DNA of 64,000 nt, from contig OZ038379.1 in assembly GCA_964036045.1 (NCBI GenBank), positions 6,138,001 to 6,202,000 of the forward strand. The letters run 5' to 3'. Source of the DNA: Eutreptiella sp. 'Long Island Sound 2002'. Lineage: Eukaryota > Protista > Euglenida. The notes beneath the pieces were generated by a model, which ran no database searches, was not told the origin of the DNA, and saw nothing but the letters and a program-made list of their open reading frames with translations. Positions 49,701 to 61,152 of this stretch are shown here, one piece after another (position 1 is the first letter of the stretch; each line of letters starts with the position of its first letter). Made by a program: the position numbers and the translations under genes.

Positions 49701-51325
49701 CCCCCGCAGTCCATACCCAAAACTGGACCAGGGCATGGCTGCTCCAGTTCTACGCCTCTCAGCCAGGGGTCCGCGACCCACAAACACCGGAGGTATGGGA
49801 ACAGTTGGCACAGGCACAGCTACCACCGAGGGTTCGGGACTTTGCGCAAAAGGCGCTGTGGCACAAACTGACCGTACATGCAAGAGTCTACAAGAGGTCG
49901 GGCACTGACAAGTGCCCGGTGTGCTCACAAAAGGAGACGGTTAAGCACGCGATGGTCGAATGCCCCATGTTCAAAGCGGCGGCGGCGGTTATACAGCACT
50001 ACTATGGCTAGGTGGAAACTGATAACGGGACATCCACAGTTCGAGATATGATGGATTCCGACGACCAAGAATGGTTACTGAAAACGAACCAAGGCTGGGC
50101 GATGTGGTCAGCAAGAAGTGCACACTGGCGGTACCGATGCGAAGTCAAGGCAGGAGCGTCGCCGGTGTTCACGTCATACCTAACAACATGGCTAAGGGAG
50201 CTATGTGAGTGGGTGGGATTTTACACAGGGGAGCGCAGGGAACAATGGAAAGGCTTTCAAAAATCACCGGAGCAACTTTGAGACACCGGAGTGCAGCCGC
50301 GACAAGGGGAAGTGCAAGTACATGGGGGATTGAATGCATGGTGGCAAACACACACGGAGTGCTTCACCCAAGAGAAACCAGCCAACGATCACAGTTGGCA
50401 AAGGGCAACGGAATCACGTCCGAAGCGCCCAAGGCAGGCAGGCCTGGGAGTGCTACAAGGAGTGCAAGATCTGATTGCAGAACTGGTGGCGAAGGGCTAC
50501 AGGATAGTGTACACGGACGGATCGTCGAAACGACTCAGCCACAAGGACATGCGCAGGGCCGGGGAAATTGGCGTGTTCGCGGCGGAAGACGAACAGGGAC
50601 CAGAGGTGCGCTTCTGTGGCTACGTACCAACACATCACAGGCAAACAAATAACGGAGCAGAGCTTTGGGCAGCCGTGGAAGCCTTACAGGGATTCTGGGT
50701 GCCAAAACTGGCAATCCTCACCGACTCGCAGTACCTGCAGCTGGGAGCGACTGGCAGGGCCCAACACTGGAAGTCAAAGGGATGGACAACCACATCTAGA
50801 AAGCTGCAAGTCCACGTCCCAGTCTGGGAAATGCTGCTCTAGGAAATGGCGACTCCGGGAAGAGAAGTTAGGTGGGAACATGTCCCAGCACATGTCAACG
50901 TGCAGGGAAATGAGGTGGCGAATGGATTGGCCATGGAAGGCATGTGTTCAAGCCCACTGTGGTCACAGCATGTTGCACCAAATTCATCATCAGGGTCAGA
51001 GTCCACGGTAGGCTTGAGGGGAGGGTCGGGATCAGAGTCAGAGGGCACCAGGGCACTCTGGTCATCCTTGGGTATGGTACCCATGGACAGTGATGAATTG
51101 ACAAGGGAAGCATCCGGGGAGCCAGCGCCACGTGAGATGGGACCATATTCCTCAAGCAGTACAGAAAGTGAGGAAATGAGGACAGGACACACACACCAGG
51201 GAGTGCAGTCGAGTGCACTGTCAGCAGAGGACACACTGTCCTTCAGCACTGATGTGAGTGACACCAGGCGGCAGCGCAAGAAGCGAAGGCTCAGGAAACG
51301 CAGGAACCCAGGACAGGGTCGATAA
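46742..51325 (+). pseudogene. pol: APE endonuclease, reverse transcriptase, CCHC (zf-RVT-like), RNase H
   Basis: APE motifs GGVAL, CADHN, RIDRI, SDHKAI. RT motifs RPIAL, QTGF, DFRNAF, GTRQGDPLSP, YADD, YLGV. Also GGLALP and CPVCSQKETVKHAMVEC. RNase H motifs YTDGS, TNNGAEL, TDSQY, HVPAH, GNEVANGLA. One frameshift near 47310 and in-frame stops at 48380, 50009, 50279 and 50840. Confidence 0.95.
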
Positions 51326-51525
51326 TGACAGAGCCAGTAGCCCTTGCACAATGGTGCGGACATCTCACAGGTTCCAAGCACAACAATGCATGTCTGAAAA
51401 ATCTGTGTTCTGACGCAGAGTTTGCATCACATGAGCTGCGTTTTGTCGCAGTGAGCAGCAGCACGCAAAGGAGAACACCAAGCAGTTGAACGCCGCGTCC
51501 TGTCGCGGACAGGCACCCAGGCGTT

Positions 51526-52167
51526 ATGCCGTCTGGAAGGACACAGCGGGAGAAGGGATCACATCAGCAGAGGTATGGCCCATACACACACATCCAGCCA
51601 ACCCCAAAGAAGGGCAAGCCTCAGCAAGAACGCCAGCGTTTCAAAGTGCAAGCACTGAGTCAGCTGGACGCCATTGCGAACGAAGGACTGCAAGCAGTTG
51701 AAGCAGAGCTGACCACAATGGCCTGGGCCCGCAACCAGCAGATCTGGCTCCGACTGCACCAACCACATGACACCAGGATGCACTGTGAGATTGTGGACAA
51801 CCATGGGGAACCATTGCTGATGAGCAATCAGGAGCTCTACTCGGTGATGGTCCAGATCAACTCGACCCTGAAGACCCAGGCTCTGGCGAACATGCAGGTC
51901 CAGTGGCGACCCAAAAGTGCAGGCAAGTGGCACCCGTTCGAGTGGGAGGCGATCCTCCACTGTCCGACGGCAGAAGGACACGGAGCGGTGCCCTCCTCGG
52001 TGAGCAGAACTGGAGATTGCATGCATGTGTGGCTGGCAGGCCGAGCGGACCTCTTGCGGTTGTTCCAAAGAACGCTCTTCAGGCAGGCGGACCCGGTACC
52101 CGGGGACGCTGTGCGGTTCCTCTACACGCTGTTGAACACACCCCCGTGCGAAAGAAGATACGCATGA
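51526..52167 (+). CDS. Unknown 213-aa protein encoded downstream of pol
   Basis: Open in copy D. Exactly 642 bp, with the same ATG and TGA, in copies A (16974-17615) and C (39816-40457). No family recognised. Confidence 0.7.
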   Translation: MPSGRTQREKGSHQQRYGPYTHIQPTPKKGKPQQERQRFKVQALSQLDAIANEGLQAVEAELTTMAWARNQQIWLRLHQPHDTRMHCEIVDNHGEPLLMSNQELYSVMVQINSTLKTQALANMQVQWRPKSAGKWHPFEWEAILHCPTAEGHGAVPSSVSRTGDCMHVWLAGRADLLRLFQRTLFRQADPVPGDAVRFLYTLLNTPPCERRYA

Positions 52168-52332
52168 CAGGGGGTGACACAAAGGAGAAGAAGAGTGGAG
52201 CGCATGATGCAGATACCCCATCGTCGTGGCTCGGTGGATACACCACACCTCTTCTGTCCCGTGGAGGATGGTTCGAACCCCGGGGGGGATGGAGATCCAA
52301 CGAACGACCCGAACCCCCCTTTTTGGGCGCGC

Positions 52333-52367
<35 letters not shown>

Positions 52368-53069
52368 GGTAGAGCACAGTGGGAAAGGAACAGAGAAGAG
52401 CAACAGGGGAGATAGAGCAGGGGAGAGCAAGAGAGATTGGGAGGGAGAGAGTAGGAGAGAGACCCACAGAGCAAGAGACCGGGGCTAACCGGCGCAAAGG
52501 GAGGGTGGAGGGTTCGTGGTGACCAGGGTGAATGGGACGCCACGGCAGCACGGAACAGTCACGAAATGAAAAAGCAGGGCGCCGTAGCGCCCTTGAGCCA
52601 CAGGCTCGACACGTCGTCACGTGTTGAACAGTCGAAGCATGACTGGGGCTGCGAGAGTGCGGCCCACGTGAGGCAGCTGGAAGCCAGTGGGCAAGAAAAA
52701 GTGGACAGCATGCGCATGAATGGTGTCGAGCGAAAAGGTAGACGCCACACACGTTACAGCAATGAACTGTTGAGACACCTGACGGCAGGAGCACATGCTG
52801 AAGTGTAGAGACGCCTTTGCACCAACACAGGCGCCTTTGCGCCCCTGGGGCACGACAACGACACGTCCTTACGTGCCAGGGAATGAGTGCGAGCCAGGGG
52901 TACAACCAGCAGGGCAAGGGTTAGAGTCTAACCGGCACTGCGGGTGGGTGGTGTGTGTGAGCTGATCTCACTGTCCAGAGGAGCAGAGCCAATGCACAGA
53001 CAGAAACCACCTGGTGTGGTACAGAACTGGTCTACGCTGCAGTGCAGCAAGCAAGACAATGAACAATTG

Positions 53070-53134
53070 TGGTTATGACCATGCGCCTGTGACACGGGGG
53101 CGTATGCGAACCCAGTCTCCGTTGCCTCATGGCC
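53070..53134 (+). other. Conserved, foldable 3'-terminal motif of the element
   Basis: GACCATG can pair with CATGGCC, and CATGCGCC with GGCGTATG. Present in all six copies (partial in the 47-bp copy). Confidence 0.55.
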
Positions 53135-56100
53135 GTGGTGCTCCGTCTTGGACCGCTCTGTCTTTTACCGTAGCATTCTTCTGCGAGGTCTTGGAGAGAT
53201 GCGTGGTGACCTCCACGTTCAGTCCATTGGACACGGAGGTCTCAAGTACCCCGGATTGTTGCCAATTCCTACCTTGTAGGCGAATCACGGACTGAGACGC
53301 CATGGCGTTGGCGTTGACAAGGTTAAGTCTTTACATTTGCACGCAACAGAGGCAAATTGCGACCAAATAGTTGTCATTCCAATTTTGTCATGATTTGAGG
53401 CCGCGTCATCTCCTTTAACCTTGCATGAGTATTGCTACCACTGCTTCGCCACCTCACCTAGGGTGCGTGCCTAGTTGGCATAATTCGGTGAATGCTTTTC
53501 GACTAGAATGGTTGTATCACAGGAAAGAGCTGTTGGTGACAATCATGTGTATGGACATTGACCTTCATTGGTTGAGTGTTGTGCAAAGATGGCCTAACGT
53601 TTTGGGGGCAAATGTCATGGACATCACAAATTCACTTATAAAACTCCACCACGTTTGATTTTTTTTGGGTGTGTAAAGAGGTGCCATCCTTGCAATGTGT
53701 TGGTACTTAGAATGCATTTTACAGAACAACAGGCATGACATGAGCTCTGGAATTGGTGTAGTTCTCAAGACAATGGGAAGATATCTTTTTGTTCACGCAT
53801 TCATTAGTCTAGTGTACTTGCAATGTCTTTGTTGTGGTTGCTTGCGGGGCGGGGAATTTGGTTTAGAATGCCTTTCTTGCATTGGCAGTAGCACACAAAT
53901 GCCCAAGATATTCATGAAGCATCCTCAAGCGTACTTCGGATTTATGAAATGGAAGAATGTTAAAAGTGTGATTGGCATTACTGTAAACCATATTACCACT
54001 ACTGTTAGCGCGGTTCCAATCATGGGACACCAATTAAGATCAAACCATGACTCTTCTTTCACAATCTTGTCTTGATGTTGGTATGATGAGTCTTGGTGAA
54101 CCCTTTGTGAACCGTTTTTTTTTAATTTGGGTCGCATTTTGACGAATTTTTGATGAAATTTTTTTTTGGCATGGTGCCTTGCTATTGTGCCCGCTTGCCG
54201 TGTTTTCTTTTGCTAAACATGAGGAAAATTAAGTACTTTGGAATTGTGTCCACATTCACACCCCAGTGGAAAAAAGCAATATAGTTTCACATGAATTTGG
54301 CGATTGCAACTTTCTCACGAATTTTTCATTAATCTTACATCCATGCCACATGTGGTTTCCCCACAACTCACACATTTTTTCCCTTGTGTAATAGAGCTTT
54401 ATTGGCGTCATGTCCCAACACTTGTCTCAGCTCCGTCTGTGCCAGACTTCGCTGCCAACACCCACTGCCGCACAGTCTAGGAGAGTCTCCCCCTTGATGT
54501 AATGTTCTTCTCTTTGGCCAAAGCCATCAACATAATGTCTTGGGCCTCAATAAACGGGGGCATGGCATAGAAAGCCATTTGGCCAAAGTCCACCGGGGGC
54601 AAGAACGAATTTCTTCTAAAACGTCTTTCTCGCGTATTATGGAAGAGTAGGGACATTTCTTATGTATGCTGCGCATCTCCGTCTTGTCCTTCGGGGCAAG
54701 CTGCCACCCACAAGCTAAAGCAGCCAATTGGGTGCCATGATGCAGCGCAGTAGTACTGTGACAATGGCAGTGCAACTAAATGACAATTGTAGGCAAGGGG
54801 CTTTAGGGATGCGGCCTACCTGTGTAGCACCCCCATCACCCCTTGATTGGTAACGGGGTGGGCGTTGGCATTAGTGAGTTGTGGCCCACATGATGCAAAC
54901 CGGCATGAAGGACTGCAAGGCCGAGAGAGAGAGCGGCCTGGGGGTGGCGATCAGGCATCCTTAGTGCTCCGACCAATGCCCGGGTGTGCCTTGGCTAAAC
55001 ACCCGGTGCGGGAATATGGAGGGCGCGACAAGCAGGTCCTTCAAGGGTCCTAGCGGTGCACAATGTATCACGGCTGTCCAACATCTGGTATCAATACCTT
55101 ATTCTCCTCCGATAACGAGGACAACACCACCCCGTTTCTGCACTCTCTTGGCACGCAAACAAACACTTTGGGGCATGGGGCACGAGACTTTAACCTAATT
55201 TATTGATAACCCCGTTGATTTGAATAGCTTTTCCAAGCCCCTTTCCCCCTGCAGTATTTGACCAGGTGTATTGTTGGCCTTCCTCCCAAGGTGGTTGTAT
55301 GTTTTTTTTCTCGAAGAAATCGAAACGTTGAAACTTACAAAATTCATCCAATACCTCTTTTCCCATGTCGTGTTTCGGTTTTCAGTCCCTATATGCAGTG
55401 GCTATCTTCTAACAAGTGCTTGCATTTTGCTGTGCTGCGCATGATCACCGAAGCGGTGAGTATTCCTCCACATGTTGTTAGCCGGCCGCAAAACACCTCC
55501 AATACTTCCACACTGCGTCTCACCATCAGCACTACCACTGCCACCAGCAAGAGAGTTTCCACAAGACCTATCCCGGTTGCTGCTGCCACAATTGCTTCTA
55601 CCATCGGCACCACCAATGCCACCGTGAACACTAGCCAAGGAGTTGCTAGTACAGGGGCATGGCGGAAAGGAAGGAGGCCGAATGACCTATCTTGGAGCCA
55701 CCGAAGAGTAGTGTCCACGGTTCAGGGACCCGCTACCGTCTTTATGTAGACCGGAACACTGGCAAAGTGTGATGGCTAGACCATATGCATGGGAAGTGCC
55801 CCCAGGGGTTGAATATAGTCGCACCCCACTCACTGCATGAGAAAGAACGTTGATGGGGCCCAGCATGTGCACCAAGAGCCTTAGCTCATCATCTCCTCGA
55901 TACTTGCCAAGAGGGTCAATGTTATCTTTCACATATTGGACCAGATCCGGTGCATTGTGGCCTTATGGTGCAAAGACAACGCCCCCAAACAAACACAATT
56001 TTTGACATTGCAAACGATGCGTCCTCTCGGTGCCCCCCCCCCCCCCCGTACTGTACCTCCAACCCATAGTATGTCCACCTTGGGCCCACACTTGAATCTT

Positions 56101-56737
56101 GACTATGTGTTCAAGTTTCACCTTGTCACAGTAGGCCGCCTCTGACCGACAACAATGCTGCTACACAATTTATATCTACTTCTGTGGACTAACCTGTGGT
56201 GGTTCTGTGGTGTGAGGGAACACAATTTGAGTGAGAGGAGCACCCCTCATCAGACTTCCAGCTTTACAACGCAGGATATCAGAAGCCTCTAATTATGCAT
56301 TATAGATCATCACCATTGCAACATGCAATGGATTTTCGCCAAGGCTGCAAGAAATCTCTCCTTTCTAATCCCAAGAACAAACGCACGAGTACCGGGACTT
56401 TCAAAATCTAGAGAATGCATCAATCTTGCCTAATCCCCCACTCAAACATCTTCGTACATCCTCCCCGGCTCCATCGCTTGATGGTCTCCACTACCCACTA
56501 CTACCCTAGAGGACACAAGCTAAGTGAGTCCCTTAAACCAGTTCATCCATGTGATCTGTACATCACATGATATGGATGCATTGATAATGAGATTTCCGGT
56601 TGGCCCATATCACATAAGTTTTTCCAAGCCTCCTTCCGTCTTCAAGATTGAAGAGCTGTGTAGTTGCCCCTCCTCCCAAGGTGATTGTATGTTTTTTCTT
56701 CCGAAGAAGTCCAAAAGTGGAAATCTACAAAATTCAT

Positions 56738-57574
56738 CTAATACCTCTTTTCCCACGTCGTGTTTCGGTTTGGAGTCCCTGTATGCAGTGGTTGTCTTCC
56801 AATACATGCTTGCATTTTGCTGTGCTGCGCATGATCATCGAAGCGGTGAGTAATCCTCCATATGTCGTTAGCTAGCCACAAAACACCTCCAATACTTCCA
56901 CACCGGGGCTCACTATCCCCGCTGCCAATGCCACCAGCAACAGACCTTCCACAAGACATATCCCGGTTGCTGCTGCCACAATTGCTTCCACCATCAGCAC
57001 CACCAATGCCACCGTGAACACTAGCCAAGGAGTTGCTAGCACAGGGGCATGGCGGAAAGGAAGCGGGGCACATGACCTGTCCTGGAGCCACCGAAGAGTA
57101 GTGTCCACGGTTCAAGGACCCGCTACCATCTTCATTTAGGCTGGAGCAGTGGCAAAGTGTGATGGCTGAACCATGTGCATGGGAAGAGCCCTCAGGGAGT
57201 GAATATAGTAGCACCCCACTCACTGCATTAGAAAGAACACTAATCGGGCGGCCCACCATGTGCGCCAAGAGCCTTAGCTCAACATCTCCTCCATACTTGC
57301 CAGGACGGTCCATGTTGTCTTTCACATATTGGACTAGATCCGGTGCATCGTGGCCTTCTATTGCAAAGACAACGCCCCCAAACAAATGCAAGTTGTTGAT
57401 CGCAAACGACACCAAGTCCTCTCGGAGCTCCTTGGCACCCTCCATGTACTGTTCCTCCAACACATAGTATGTCCACCTTGTGCCCACACTTGCATCTTGA
57501 CTATGTGTTCAAATGTCAGCTTGTCATAGTGGACCGGCAGTGAACGACAACAATGCTGCTACACAATTCATATC
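56738..57574 (-). pseudogene. OTU-like cysteine protease remnant (unit 1)
   Basis: One frame reads DMNCVAALL (D-x-x-C at 57574-57563), then two TGA (57526, 57511), ELREDLVSF, GKYGGDVELRLLAHMVGRPISV and GHYSSV. Confidence 0.65.
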
Positions 57575-58526
57575 TACTTCTATAGACTCAACTGTAGTGT
57601 GGTGTGAGGGAACACAATTTGATTGAGAGGAGCACCCCTCATCAGACTTCGAGCTTTACAATGCTGGATATAGAAAGCCTCTAATTATACAATATAGATC
57701 ATCACCATTGCAACATGCAATGGATTTTCGCCAAGACTGCAAGAAATCTCGCCTTTCTAATCCCAAGAACCAACGCATGAGTACCGGGACTTTCAAAATC
57801 CAGAGAATGCATCAATCTTGCCTAATCCCCCACTCAAACATCTTCGTGCATCCTCCCCGGCTCCATCGCTTGATGGTCCCCACTACCCACTACTACCCTA
57901 GACGACACAAGCTAAGTGAGTCTCTGAAACCAGTTCATCCATGTGATCTGCACATTACATGATATGGATGCATTGATAATGAGATTTCCGGTTGGCCCAT
58001 ATCAGAGAATATTTTGCAAGCCCCCTTTCGCCTGCAAGATTGAGGTGCTGTAGTGTTGCCCCAAGGTCGGGCTTGGGTTTGATTTGTGCGTTAAACAAGG
58101 TTAGTCTTCTGCGGGCTCCATTCACTCTTATTCAGGTTAACAAGCAGCCCGATGCGAAAACGGCCGATCATCCTTGTCCACAATGTGGCGAACATGTCCG
58201 GAGCCGCTGGGTGAAGAATGAGGTGCATTGTTGGCAGCATGCGCCACAGCAAATACAAACAAGGAAGCGTGAACGCAAAGAAGATGATCAGGAGGATGAT
58301 GCCAAATCCCCAAAAGTATTGTCTCGTTGCAATCAGGCATTGCTCGCTTTTTAGCGATTGAAACAAGGCTATTTCGTTGCATCACTTCATTGCAGCGTAG
58401 AACCGCAAGCTTTATGTTCTCCTCACCTATGAAGCCGTTCGACCGTAACGATTTGGAGCATCCTCCCAAGGTGATTGTATGTTTTTTCTTCCGAAGAAGT
58501 CCAAACGTTGAAAGTTACAAATTCAT

Positions 58527-59363
58527 CTAATACCTCTTTTCCCACGTCGTGTTTCGGTTTGGAGTCCCCGTATGCAGTGGTTGTCTTCTAACAAGTGCTT
58601 GCATTTTGCTGTGCTGCGCATGATCATCGAAGCGGTGAGTAATCCTCCATATGTCGTTAGCCAGCCGCAAAACACCTCCAATACTTCCACACCGGGTCTT
58701 GCCAACACCACTGTCACTACCACCGGCAACAAAGCTTCCACAAGACATATCCCGGTTGCTGCTGCCACAATTGCTTCTACCATCAGCACCACCAATGCCA
58801 CCGTGAACACTAGCCAAGGAGTTGCTAGCACAGGGGCATGGCGGAAAGGAAGCGGGGCACATGACCTGTCCTGGAGCCACCGAAGAGTAGTGTCCACGGT
58901 TCAGGGACCCGCTACCATCTTCATTTAGGCTGGAGCAGTGGCAAAGTGTGATGGCTGAACCATGTGCATGGGAAGAGCCCTCAGGGAGTGAATATAGTAG
59001 CACCCCACTCACTGCATTAGAAAGAACACTAATCGGGCGGCCCACCATGTGCGCCAAGAGCCTTAGCTCAACATCTCCTCCATACTTGCCAGGAGGGTCA
59101 ATGTTGTCTTTCACATATTGGACGAGATCCGGTGCATTGTGGCCTTCTATTGCAAAGACAACGCCCCCAAACAAATGCAAGTTGTTGATCGCAAACGACA
59201 CCAAGTCCTCTCGGAGCTCCTTGGCACCCTCCATGTACTGTTCCTCCAACACATAGTATGTCCACCTTGTGCCCACACTTGCATCTTGACTATGTGTTCA
59301 AATGTCAGCTTGTCATAGTGGACCGGCAGTGAACGACAACAATGCTGCTACACAATTCATATC
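58527..59363 (-). pseudogene. OTU-like cysteine protease remnant (unit 2)
   Basis: Same motifs, offset by 1789 bp. Confidence 0.65.
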
Positions 59364-60315
59364 TACTTCTATAGACTCACCTGTAGTGTGGTGTGAGGGA
59401 ACACAATTTGATTGAGAGGAGCACCCCTCATCAGACTTCGAGCTTTACAATGCTGGATATAGAAAGCCTCTAATTATACAATATAGATCATCACCATTGC
59501 AACATGCAATGGATTTTCGCCAAGACTGCAAGAAATCTCGCCTTTCTAATCCCAAGAACAAACACATGAGTACCGGGACTTTCAAAATCCAGAGAATGCA
59601 TCAATCTTGCCTAATCCCCCACTCAAACATCTTCGTGCATCCTCCCCGGCTCCATCGCTTGATGGTCCCCACTACCCACTACTACCCTAGACGACACAAG
59701 CTAAGTGAGTCTCTGAAACCAGTTCATCCATGTGATCTGCACATTACATGATATGGATGCATTGATAATGAGATTTCCGGTTGGCCCATATCAGAGAATA
59801 TTTTGCAAGCCCCCTTTCGCCTGCAAGATTGAGGTGCTGTAGTGTTGCCCCAAGGTCGGGCTTGGGTTTGATTTGTGCGTTAAACAAGGTTAGTCTTCTG
59901 CGGGCTCCATTCACTCTTATTCAGGTTAACAAGCAGCCCGATGCGAAAACGGCCGATCATCCTTGTCCACAATGTGGCGAACATGTCCGGAGCCGCTGGG
60001 TGAAGAATGAGGTGCATTATTGGCAGCATGCGCCACAGCAAATACAAACAAGGAAGCGTGAACGCAAAGAAGATGATCAGGAGGACGATGCCAAATCCCC
60101 AAAAGTATTGTCTCGTTGCAATCAGGCATTGCTCGCTTTTTAGCGATTGAAACAAGGCTATTTCGTTGCATCACTTCATTGCAGCGTAGAACCGCAAGCT
60201 TTATGTTCTCCTCACCTATGAAGCCGTTCGACCGTAACGATTTGGAGCATCCTCCCAAGGTGATTGTATGTTTTTTCTTCCGAAGAAGTCCAAACGTTGA
60301 AAGTTACAAATTCAT

Positions 60316-61152
60316 CTAATACCTCTTTTCCCACGTCGTGTTTCGGTTTGGAGTCCCCGTATGCAGTGGTTGTCTTCTAACAAGTGCTTGCATTTTGCTG
60401 TGCTGCGCATGATCATCGAAGCGGTGAGTAATCCTCCATATGTCGTTAGCCAGCCGCAAAACACCTCCAATACTTCCACACCGGGTCTTGCCAACACCAC
60501 TGTCACTACCACCGGCAACAAAGCTTCCACAAGACATATCCCGGTTGCTGCTGCCACAATTGCTTCTACCATCAGCACCACCAATGCCACCGTGAACACT
60601 AGCCAAGGAGTTGCTAGCACAGGGGCATGGCGGAAAGGAAGCGGGGCACATGACCTGTCCTGGAGCCACCGAAGAGTAGTGTCCACGGTTCAGGGACCCG
60701 CTACCATCTTCATTTAGGCTGGAGCAGTGGCAAAGTGTGATGGCTGAACCATGTGCATGGGAAGAGCCCTCAGGGAGTGAATATAGTAGCACCCCACTCA
60801 CTGCATTAGAAAGAACACTAATCGGGCGGCCCACCATGTGCGCCAAGAGCCTTAGCTCAACATCTCCTCCATACTTGCCAGGAGGGTCAATGTTGTCTTT
60901 CACATATTGGACTAGATCCGGTGCATTGTGGCCTTCTATTGCAAAGACAACGCCCCCAAACAAATGCAAGTTGTTGATCGCAAACGACACCAAGTCCTCT
61001 CGCAGCTCCTTGGCACCCTCCATGTACTGTTCCTCCAACACATAGTATGTCCACCTTGTGCCCACACTTGCATCTTGACTATGTGTTCAAATGTCAGCTT
61101 GTCATAGTGGACCGGCAGTGAACGACAACAATGCTGCTACACAATTCATATC
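60316..61152 (-). pseudogene. OTU-like cysteine protease remnant (unit 3)
   Basis: Same motifs, offset by 1789 bp. Confidence 0.65.

Larger units (their letters stand above)
46742..53132 (+). mobile_element. L1/Tx1-like non-LTR retrotransposon, copy D (longest; 5'-truncated inside the endonuclease)
   Basis: Absent from the paralogous site near 33895. CCGTGG at both junctions (46736-46741, 53133-53138). Contains pol, a 3' ORF, (GA)n and the CTCATGG end. Confidence 0.93.
44440..54775. repeat. Duplicated block, copy 2, split by LINE copy D
   Basis: Matches 32130-36225. Has ~540 bp extra satellite-like DNA (~45695-46232) and lacks ~690 bp near 54580. Confidence 0.85.

Noticed and set aside
48380-50842. 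Programmed readthrough or an alternative genetic code for the four in-frame pol stops
   Set aside because: All three stop types occur, the 50840 TAG is CAG in copy A, and there is also a frameshift, so ordinary decay explains them.
51559-52917. 452-aa minus-strand ORF
   Set aside because: Antisense to the 3' ORF and runs through the (TC)n tract; not kept open in copies A, B or C.
53065-53134. HDV-like or hammerhead ribozyme at the element end (minus strand GGCCATG...CGCC-loop-GGCG-CATGGTC resembles P1/P3)
   Set aside because: No GG after P1' for P1.1, no convincing P2 or P4, no CUGANGA core, and it would be antisense at the 3' end. Kept only as a structured terminus.
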